64,000 nucleotides of DNA. Origin: Cytophagales bacterium (lineage in GTDB: Bacteria > Bacteroidota > Bacteroidia > Cytophagales > Cytophagaceae). The position numbers and the translations under genes were made by a program. The DNA is taken from the NCBI GenBank assembly GCA_043732665.1, contig JAYTHK010000220.1:8860-72859 (forward strand), given 5' to 3'. This document shows, piece by piece, positions 56,867 through 64,000 of this stretch (the first letter of the stretch is position 1; each line of letters opens with the position of its first letter). A model generated the notes under the pieces. The model saw only the letters and a list, made by a program, of their open reading frames with translations, was not told where the DNA came from and ran no database searches.

Positions 56867-59545
56867 ATGAGAATAGGAATATTTTTCGGAGGCCAATCCA
56901 GAGAGAGAGAAATTTCTTTTGCTGGAGGGCGCACGGTATACGATAATCTAAATAAAAATTTATTTGAAGCTATTCCTGTTTTTGTAGACAGTACTGGAAA
57001 TTTTATATTGTTAGATTGGGAGTATATTTACAAAGGTACTATCCGTGATTTTTATCCGCCACACCAATATATTCCATATTCGCCTAGTGGTTTTCAAGTA
57101 TACATGGAGTCGCTTGGTCAACTTAATCCTTTTGAGCAAGCGCGGATTATAAATGCAGTAGGAACTAGGATAGAGCCTAGAAATTTTCATAAATATTTTG
57201 ACTTTGCATTTTTAGCCTTGCATGGTCCTTATGGAGAAGATGGAAATATTCAGGGCATTTTAGAATGGTATCATATTCCTTATAGTGGATCGGGTATACT
57301 TCCTTCTGCTATTGGAATTAATAAATCGATACAACAAGGGCTTCTTAAAAATGCAGGTTTTAATACACCAGTAAATTTTAAGTTGACTAAAAAAGAATGG
57401 TTTTCAAATTCTGACAAAGAAAAACTCTTACACCGATACAAAAACGAGCTAGGACTTCCATTTGTAGTGAAAGCCCCTAGTCAAGGATCTTCTATAGGGA
57501 TTAGTATAATTTCAGAAATGGATTTGAAGAAATTCATTTATTCGGTGAACAAGGCTTTCTTTTTACAGCAAATAGAAAAACAAGATTGGGATGTTTTGTC
57601 TGATGAAGAAAAGATTCATTATCTACGAACCCTCACAGATATTCGAGATGGTATAGGAATGCCAGTCATGGCAAACGACAGACAAATCAATCATCCAGAG
57701 GATTTATTAGGGTATATCAACGAACAATTCGCACACAGCGAAATGACGGTTTATTTGGAGAGTTTGGATAACGAAGAAGAGATTCTGATTGAATCTTTTA
57801 TTAAGGGAAAAGAATTTTCCTGTATCGTTATTCAAGATGAAAAAGGAAATGCTATAGCGCTTCCTCCTACAGAAATTGTAAAGGGAAATGATTTTTTTGA
57901 CTACCGCTCTAAGTATCTGCCAGGCATGGCTCGTAAGGTGACGCCTATCAATTTGCCAGTTGAGCAGATTGAAAAGATAAGAAGTGAATGCGAAAGATTG
58001 TACAAGGAATTAAATTTTAACGTTTACGCAAGGCTTGATGGTTTTATCAATGAAGAGGTTGGAATTTTCCTAAACGATCCGAATACTACTTCGGGAATGT
58101 TGCCTTCTTCTTTTTTCTTTCATCAGGCGGCTGAAATCGGTATGAATCCATCTCAGTTTCTGACGTATATTATCCGTACTTCTCTTTCTGAAAGAATTCG
58201 TACAGGAAAGAAAACGTATTCCATTAAGAAACTTTTGAATGACCTAGATTCAAATCTTGATAAATTCAACTCTAGTGTTGCGGATAGGATAAAAGTAGCC
58301 GTTATAATGGGCGGATTTTCCTCAGAGCGCCATATATCGGTGGAAAGCGGAAGGAATATTTATGAAAAATTATCTTCTAGTACCAAGTACGAACCAATCC
58401 CTGTTTTTCTTACAGGCTCAGAAGAAAATCATGAACTTTATGTGATTCCTGTCAACGCAATGTTGAAAGACAATGCAGACGACATCAAAGAAAAAGTTTC
58501 GAATAAAGAAGATAAGCATTCCGTGATTCATCAGATCATAAAAGAAACAAAAAGCGTTACAGAAAAATACGTTCAGAATTATATTTCGGAGTCGAAAAAA
58601 ATCTCCTATAAAGAATTGTCAGAACTCGTAGAAGTTGTATTCATAGCTTTGCACGGAAGGCCAGGAGAAGACGGATCGGTGCAGGCGGAACTTGAAAAAT
58701 ACAATGTGCCTTATAATGGTTCTGGTATTGAAAGTTCAAAAACGACCATTAATAAATTTGAAACCAATAGAATTCTTCGTGAAAATGGAATTCCTGTGGC
58801 GAATTCTTTTTTGGTATATAAGCAAGAATGGGAAAATTTTTACATAGATCTTATGTGTAAAATTGAACGACAGTTTATTTATCCATTTATAGCTAAGCCT
58901 TCTGACGATGGCTGTAGTTCTGCGGTAAAGAAGATCAACAACAGAGACGAGTTGGTGGCTTATGCAAAAATGATGTTTGGTTGGGACGGGATAAGAGATT
59001 CTGAAAGTTCTAGAATTTTAAAATTAAAATTCAACGAAGAATTTCCACAGAAAAATTATTTCATGGTAGAAGATATTATTCGTAAAGACGGAGGAAAACA
59101 TTTCCTAGAAGTTACTGGAGGAATAATGACTCGTTACGATGAAGCTGGAAATATTCAATACGAAGTTTTTGAACCCTCGGAGACATTGGCGTCTGGAGAG
59201 GTGCTTAGTTTGGAAGAAAAATTTTTGGCGGGAGAAGGGCAAAATATAACACCAGCACGTTTTTCAGAAGACGAAGGTGCTTATCATTATATTTCAACGC
59301 AAGTAAAAGATACATTGCATAAAACAGCCCAGTTGCTCAATGTGCAGGGTTATGCGCGAATAGATGCTTTTGTGAGAATATACGAGGATAATAAAGCAGA
59401 AACTGTAATTATAGAAATAAATTCCTTGCCTGGTATGACGCCCGCTACGTGTATATTTCACCAAACAGCCCTAAACGGTTACAAACCATACGATTTCATT
59501 GATAATATACTTACCTTTGGAATGCAACGGGTGAAAAAAAAGTAG
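56867..59545 (+). CDS. ddl: Tandem-duplicated D-alanine--D-alanine ligase-like ATP-grasp protein (two complete Ddl-like halves)
   Basis: Half 1 has IGIFFGGQSREREIS, LALHGPYGEDGNIQGILE, FVVKAPSQGSSIG and ARLDGFI..NDPNTTSGM. Half 2 has VAVIMGGFSSERHIS, IALHGRPGEDGSVQAELE, FIAKPSDDGCSSA and ARIDAFV..IEINSLPGMT. Confidence 0.8.
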   Translation: MRIGIFFGGQSREREISFAGGRTVYDNLNKNLFEAIPVFVDSTGNFILLDWEYIYKGTIRDFYPPHQYIPYSPSGFQVYMESLGQLNPFEQARIINAVGTRIEPRNFHKYFDFAFLALHGPYGEDGNIQGILEWYHIPYSGSGILPSAIGINKSIQQGLLKNAGFNTPVNFKLTKKEWFSNSDKEKLLHRYKNELGLPFVVKAPSQGSSIGISIISEMDLKKFIYSVNKAFFLQQIEKQDWDVLSDEEKIHYLRTLTDIRDGIGMPVMANDRQINHPEDLLGYINEQFAHSEMTVYLESLDNEEEILIESFIKGKEFSCIVIQDEKGNAIALPPTEIVKGNDFFDYRSKYLPGMARKVTPINLPVEQIEKIRSECERLYKELNFNVYARLDGFINEEVGIFLNDPNTTSGMLPSSFFFHQAAEIGMNPSQFLTYIIRTSLSERIRTGKKTYSIKKLLNDLDSNLDKFNSSVADRIKVAVIMGGFSSERHISVESGRNIYEKLSSSTKYEPIPVFLTGSEENHELYVIPVNAMLKDNADDIKEKVSNKEDKHSVIHQIIKETKSVTEKYVQNYISESKKISYKELSELVEVVFIALHGRPGEDGSVQAELEKYNVPYNGSGIESSKTTINKFETNRILRENGIPVANSFLVYKQEWENFYIDLMCKIERQFIYPFIAKPSDDGCSSAVKKINNRDELVAYAKMMFGWDGIRDSESSRILKLKFNEEFPQKNYFMVEDIIRKDGGKHFLEVTGGIMTRYDEAGNIQYEVFEPSETLASGEVLSLEEKFLAGEGQNITPARFSEDEGAYHYISTQVKDTLHKTAQLLNVQGYARIDAFVRIYEDNKAETVIIEINSLPGMTPATCIFHQTALNGYKPYDFIDNILTFGMQRVKKK

Positions 59546-59560
59546 TTAAATGTTAAAAAA

Positions 59561-59636
59561 GTGAAAAGTGAAAAGTGAAAAGTGAAAAGTGAAAAATTGG
59601 GTACATGATTAGATTTTTCACTTATTACCTTTTACT
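59561..59636. repeat. GTGARAAGT-family element, copy C. It carries (GTGAAAA)x5 tandem heptamers plus an inverted partner.
   Basis: Five exact GTGAAAA units lie at 59561-59595. The inverted arm TTTTTCACTTATTACCTTTTACT lies at 59614-59636. Confidence 0.8.
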
Positions 59637-59658
59637 AAAACATTCAAATCCATAACAA

Positions 59659-60414
59659 ATGTTTTTAAAAGCAACAACAAAAAAAGACGTACTAATACAC
59701 ATTGGTATCATAATGGGCATTTCATTGGTGCTTATTTTACTATTTTTTTACGTCTATTTGCCTATTACGACCAATCACGGAGAAACGATCAAGGTGCCAG
59801 ATATAAAGGGTAAAACCATTGAAGCGTCAGAAGAGATTTTGAATAGCAGCAATTTACGTTCTCAAGTGAACGATTCCAGTTATGTGTCAGGAGCAGTGCC
59901 TTTCACTGTTCTCTCCCAGAATCCAGTGGCAGGATCAGAGGTGAAATCGAACCGTAAAATTTACATTACCGTTACTGCTAAAACTCCTCCTATGGTGCCC
60001 ATGCCCGAGTTGAAAGACAAATCGCTTATGGCGGCAAAAATGGAGTTGAAAAGTCGTGATCTTGTGTTGTTGGAACCCCGCTTAGTATCAAGTCCTTTTG
60101 CTAATCTTGTGATTAAGCAATATGCCAATGGCAAAGAGATTGCAGCTAAAACGCTTATTCCAAAAGGAACAAAAATTCTGTTGGATGTAGGTAATGGAGA
60201 AGATAATAAGGAAATAGGATTGCCTAACCTTGTAGGGCAAAATATTGACGATGCAAAAGCAATGCTTGTCGAAGAAGGATTGAAGATTGGAATGGAAAAG
60301 AGAGAGCAGGGTAGTGGTAAAAATTCTGGAGAAGTAATAAGACAAAAACCAGATTTTAGGTCAGGGGCTTTGATACGAGTAGGCGAGATGGTGGATTTGT
60401 GGTACGCCGAATAA
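59659..60414 (+). CDS. Membrane-anchored PASTA-domain protein
   Basis: It has an N-terminal TM helix followed by three ~65-aa PASTA-like repeats (VPDIKGKT.., MPELKDKS.., LPNLVGQN..). Confidence 0.8.
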   Translation: MFLKATTKKDVLIHIGIIMGISLVLILLFFYVYLPITTNHGETIKVPDIKGKTIEASEEILNSSNLRSQVNDSSYVSGAVPFTVLSQNPVAGSEVKSNRKIYITVTAKTPPMVPMPELKDKSLMAAKMELKSRDLVLLEPRLVSSPFANLVIKQYANGKEIAAKTLIPKGTKILLDVGNGEDNKEIGLPNLVGQNIDDAKAMLVEEGLKIGMEKREQGSGKNSGEVIRQKPDFRSGALIRVGEMVDLWYAE

Positions 60415-60499
60415 TTTATTTACTATTTGGTCGTTTAGCGTATACATTCTAAAGGAAGAAGTTTGATATTAAGTTTCCTTCCTTTGTTCTTAAATAAGT

Positions 60500-62689
60500 A
60501 TGATAAAACAGCGATTAAAGCCTATTCTATCCCTTCTATTACTGATTAGCTTCTGTAGTCTTAAGAGTTATTCTCAATTCATTATTACAGGTCTTGTCGA
60601 GGATCCTTCTCGAAATTCAAATCCTACGCACAAAACGACAAATTCTAACCTACGTGCTCAATCAACTAGCGCTGTAATAGCCTATTCAGATACCCTACGG
60701 TTGCCTTTTTTTGAAGACTTCTCTGGAGTGGTAGTGCCGATAGATTCTATCGTTATTTCAACTTCAGACAATCTTGTGAAAGTGTATAGCAAAATTTTAA
60801 ATTCGTACCCAGACGGTACCGCTATTTTTATTGGATTTAATACAATACCTGTTGCCTTGACGGTAGCAGACAGCTTGAATCAAAATCAATGGTTCATTAA
60901 AAAAAATGCTACCAATCAATTTTATATTTGCTTAAAGGCTTCACCGACTACTCCTAAGAAATTTTATTCTACTAATATTACGTATGCAAATGCTTACTGG
61001 CGTCTAGTAGGTAATAGTTATTCTACTGCATTGGATAGTTTGAAATGGGAGGTGGGAGGAAATACTTATATAAACAATCGATTTCCGCTTAATCCCGTGA
61101 GCTATAATGTAGCTACTTTTGATGGATTGATGTCGAATGGGGTGCCATACAGTTCTGCACCGCGTGCAATAGGTTATGCGGATGTCCTTACCTCTCTTCC
61201 TATAAACTTAAAAGCACTTACGCGTGCCGACAGCGTATACTTAAGTTTTTATTGGCAGCAAACAGGGATAGGAGAGGCTCCCGACAGTGGCGATTATTTA
61301 GAATTAGATTTTAAAGATTCTAAAGGGGTTTGGAATATGATTTACACGATTAACGGCACTTCTGCTTATATGGATACCTTTAAATTTAAACTTATAAAAA
61401 TAGATTCTTCGGCCTATTTTTATAAAGGGTTTCAATTTCGTTTTCGGTCACATGGAAGACTCTCTGGACCTTTCGATGTCTGGAATCTTGATTATATTTA
61501 TTTGGATAAAAATAGAACCTCAGATCCTCGAGTGTTTGATATGTCCGTCGGGAATGCCTCTGTGAGTTTTTTAAAAAATTATACCTCCATGCCCTACAAT
61601 CAATATTTTGCCAATAAGGCAAATGAAATTGGGCTGCTTCGGCTTACTACTAATAACATTTCTGGAGGTATTTATTCAGGTGCCGATTTGCAAACTGTTT
61701 GTACGTTGACTACAAATGTGGTCTCGCCTTCTTATAGCTATTTCTATAAAGCATTATCAGGTCTTCACAATGCTGCTAGCACTCAATTGGCCTATAAGGA
61801 TTCTTGTTCTTTTCCATTAGATAGTCTTAAAAATCAAAATTTTCCAATGAAAGTGGATGCCAAATATTATATTGGAATAAATGATACTGCAAGTAGTATT
61901 TTACATGCTTACAATAATACGTATGTTACTTCAACTATTCTTTGGGATTACTATGCCTACGACGATGGTACTCCAGAAGCAGGTGTAGCGATCAATCAGG
62001 CAGGAGTAAAAGTAGCGAATAAATTCACCACTAATTTGCCAGATATACTAACAGATGTTGATATCTACTTTACTCGTAGTGTAGGTCCCAATTTAGATGG
62101 GGATCATATATTTTTATGTGTTTGGGATAATAATTATAATCTATTAATAAAAGACACGATACAAATACAGTATGGAGGGTATATGCGCTATCACCTATAT
62201 AAACCAGTGGCTATAGGTGCAGCCGATTTTTATGTGGGATACTTGCAAAATTTCAGCTATTCACTGTCTATAGGTTATGATCGAAATTACGACCATTCGG
62301 ATAAAATGTTTTTTAATTTGGGAGGAGGAACAAGCTGGAGTGCCTATAACCTACAGCCAGGCTATTTGAAAGGAAGCATGATGATTCGTCCTGTGTTTAG
62401 TAAACAACAATTCTTGGTGACTCCCGTTGTTGAAAAAGAAGAGGAGGGTTTGCTGGATGTTGTTTTATATCCTGTACCAACAGACAACGAATTGAAAATA
62501 AAAGGTGGAATTTCTGAAATTGCACTTTACGATCTTACCGGACGAAAACTATGTGCGAATACTTTTGATCCGTTCCAAGAAGAAAAAAGTATCGATGTTT
62601 CTTCTGTCCCAAATGGATTATATATTACTGAAATTAAGATAAACAATACGGTTTTTGTTAAAAAAATTCTTGTGCAGCATGCTTATTAA
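60500..62689 (+). CDS. Secreted protein with a T9SS type-A C-terminal sorting domain
   Basis: It has a signal peptide. The C-terminus VVLYPVPTDNELKIKG..IALYDLTGRKL..NGLYITEIKINNTVFVKKILV matches the Por secretion tail pattern. I did not recognise the passenger region. Confidence 0.8.
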   Translation: MIKQRLKPILSLLLLISFCSLKSYSQFIITGLVEDPSRNSNPTHKTTNSNLRAQSTSAVIAYSDTLRLPFFEDFSGVVVPIDSIVISTSDNLVKVYSKILNSYPDGTAIFIGFNTIPVALTVADSLNQNQWFIKKNATNQFYICLKASPTTPKKFYSTNITYANAYWRLVGNSYSTALDSLKWEVGGNTYINNRFPLNPVSYNVATFDGLMSNGVPYSSAPRAIGYADVLTSLPINLKALTRADSVYLSFYWQQTGIGEAPDSGDYLELDFKDSKGVWNMIYTINGTSAYMDTFKFKLIKIDSSAYFYKGFQFRFRSHGRLSGPFDVWNLDYIYLDKNRTSDPRVFDMSVGNASVSFLKNYTSMPYNQYFANKANEIGLLRLTTNNISGGIYSGADLQTVCTLTTNVVSPSYSYFYKALSGLHNAASTQLAYKDSCSFPLDSLKNQNFPMKVDAKYYIGINDTASSILHAYNNTYVTSTILWDYYAYDDGTPEAGVAINQAGVKVANKFTTNLPDILTDVDIYFTRSVGPNLDGDHIFLCVWDNNYNLLIKDTIQIQYGGYMRYHLYKPVAIGAADFYVGYLQNFSYSLSIGYDRNYDHSDKMFFNLGGGTSWSAYNLQPGYLKGSMMIRPVFSKQQFLVTPVVEKEEEGLLDVVLYPVPTDNELKIKGGISEIALYDLTGRKLCANTFDPFQEEKSIDVSSVPNGLYITEIKINNTVFVKKILVQHAY

Positions 62690-62984
62690 ATTTAAGTAAT
62701 TCTTTAATCGTTGGAAAAAATATCAGAAGTGGAAACACTTCTTGTAAGTATAATAATTAACAGTTCTTAATCTATTGCAGTAAGTGTTATAGAGGAGAAA
62801 GGTAAATGCTGATTTTTGTATATTAACACCACCAATCTTAATCATATCAATAAACTTTGTAAAACGAATTATAGCGCAAGCGATTTGATTGGGAGTCTAC
62901 ACGAAAATTTATTTTTAAATGTGTACAACGCTTCGCTAGAAGAGTTCGAATTTGATAACCAAAAGAGGTAGCAATCCATCGAGA

Positions 62985-63160
62985 AAAAAAAGTGGTTGTA
63001 TACTATGAAGAGGTTTTTCAGGTAGTGTCTGAAAAGTTGTATTTAGAATCATGTGTTATACCTCATAAAGACAAAGGCAGAAATGATGGGAGGAAGGGTA
63101 GAGGTAGAAAGTGAAGTAAGCAAAGGGACTACTTTTAGAATTATATTAAAGAACCCATAA
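62985..63160 (+). pseudogene. 3'-terminal remnant of a histidine-kinase gene (HATPase_c end)
   Basis: The open frame 63047-63160 reads ..LYLIKTKAEMMGGRVEVESEVSKGTTFRIILKNP*, the G2-box end of a HATPase_c domain. The upstream frames are broken, and there is no HisKA region or start. Confidence 0.5.
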
Positions 63161-63189
63161 CGAGTATTGTTCGGAAGATTTTTTTAAAA

Positions 63190-64000
63190 TTATTTTTTGG
63201 AACATCCTTTGCCGAGAAGAATAATTTTATTGTTAGCTATTTTATAACTGGTATTAGTGGAGGTTGTTAGTGCTTTTAAAATCTCCTTTTCTGTTAAGTG
63301 GTCAAAGGTTCCCGTATATCTACAATTGAGTACTTGAGGCTCTTTGACGGCAATCTCTTTGTTGAAATATTTTCCCAACACTTCCGTTACTTGCAACATA
63401 CTTGTATTATCAAAGACCAATCGTTTGTCTTTCCATGCTAGAAAATTAGCGTCTGTTATTTTGTGCCTAGTTAAATGTGACGACCGATCAAGTTCTCCTT
63501 TGAAGCCAGGAGTGAGAATGAGTTTGTCCTTTTCTTGCTCTTTTTCTTTTTCAAAATTGATTGCAAAAGAAACGCTTCCTATAAGTACCTGAACAATTTC
63601 TTTCGCTTCATTTTTTACAGAACGCACCGTAAACGAAGTGCCTAATGCAGTAGTAGTAGAACGTAAACCAATTACTTTAAATTGTTTGTCCTTCGATTTG
63701 TTTACCTCAAAAAATGCTTCGCCTTCCAGATAAACTTTTCTCGCCTCCGAATTGTAATCGGAGTAGTAAGTAAGACGACTGTTTTTGTTGAGCCATACTT
63801 TACTGCTGTCTGGAAGATATAGTTCCATTTCATTTCCCAATGTTGCAAAATTTATTACTGTAGCATTATTGAATAATGTATATTTTACTAAGAAAGTAAT
63901 TCCTATTAGTAATAAAATGGAAGCCGTTACTTTGTATGCGTTAGAAGATAGTTTAAGAGATACCATCCTCCTTTTTTTTGTCTTTTGGTTTTTTGTATTT
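63190..64000 (-). CDS. FecR-family anti-sigma factor (FecR and DUF4974-like domains). The 5' end runs off the window.
   Basis: It has the TM helix ASILLLIGITFLV, the FecR block LPDSSKVWLNKNSRLTY..VYLEGEAFFEV and a C-terminal DKRLVFDNTSMLQVTEVLGKYF. The frame stays open upstream of Met 63966 to the window edge. Confidence 0.8.
   Translation of the reverse strand, partial: NTKNQKTKKRRMVSLKLSSNAYKVTASILLLIGITFLVKYTLFNNATVINFATLGNEMELYLPDSSKVWLNKNSRLTYYSDYNSEARKVYLEGEAFFEVNKSKDKQFKVIGLRSTTTALGTSFTVRSVKNEAKEIVQVLIGSVSFAINFEKEKEQEKDKLILTPGFKGELDRSSHLTRHKITDANFLAWKDKRLVFDNTSMLQVTEVLGKYFNKEIAVKEPQVLNCRYTGTFDHLTEKEILKALTTSTNTSYKIANNKIILLGKGCSKK

Noticed and set aside
59561-59595. Possible CRISPR-like array (regular GTGAAAA repeats)
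   Set aside because: The unit is only 7 nt with no spacers, and no cas genes are present. It is a microsatellite within a hairpin element, not a CRISPR array.

Overview
AT-rich chromosomal segment of Bacteroidota type. Supporting marks are a T9SS C-terminal sorting domain, OmpA/PorT-like outer-membrane proteins, a TonB-dependent receptor and a FecR anti-sigma factor. I found about 50 credible CDS, one tRNA-Cys, no rRNA, no CRISPR array and no transposase, integrase or phage genes. Housekeeping blocks are guaB, an Rrf2 regulator, porin-pstSCAB, ubiE/menG, coaD, pyrE, rlmN, nnr, mrp plus a NifU-like gene, a ddl-like gene with a PASTA gene, and two paralogous Na+/solute symporters. Three regions are not ordinary. 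(1) 29.0-42.9 kb is a same-strand, tightly spaced 11-gene signalling cluster. Its order is orphan CheR and CheB, a TM-GAF protein, a YfiR-like (DUF4154) periplasmic protein, a TonB-dependent receptor, an MCP-like 4HB/HAMP sensor fused to GAF-PAS-PP2C (SiaA-like), a SiaB-like kinase, a SiaC-like DUF1987 phosphoprotein, a TerB-ABC(G-type) transporter and two secreted proteins. No diguanylate cyclase and no CheA/CheW/MCP are present. This is my best candidate for an undescribed system. (2) 11.8-23.0 kb holds a 7TMR-DISM/GAF receptor coupled to a GT-C-like membrane protein. It sits divergent from a GH16 beta-glucanase locus that uses a tandem CBM-like protein (with an in-frame TAA), two large non-TonB beta-barrels and a lipoprotein instead of SusC/SusD. 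(3) 56.9-59.5 kb encodes a tandem-duplicated 892-aa D-Ala-D-Ala-ligase-like protein at the usual ddl position. There are also three small dispersed repeat families, two gene remnants, an unusually long perfect palindrome and a tRNA-Cys with a bulged acceptor stem. All functional calls come from reading motifs in the supplied translations. No database search was possible.
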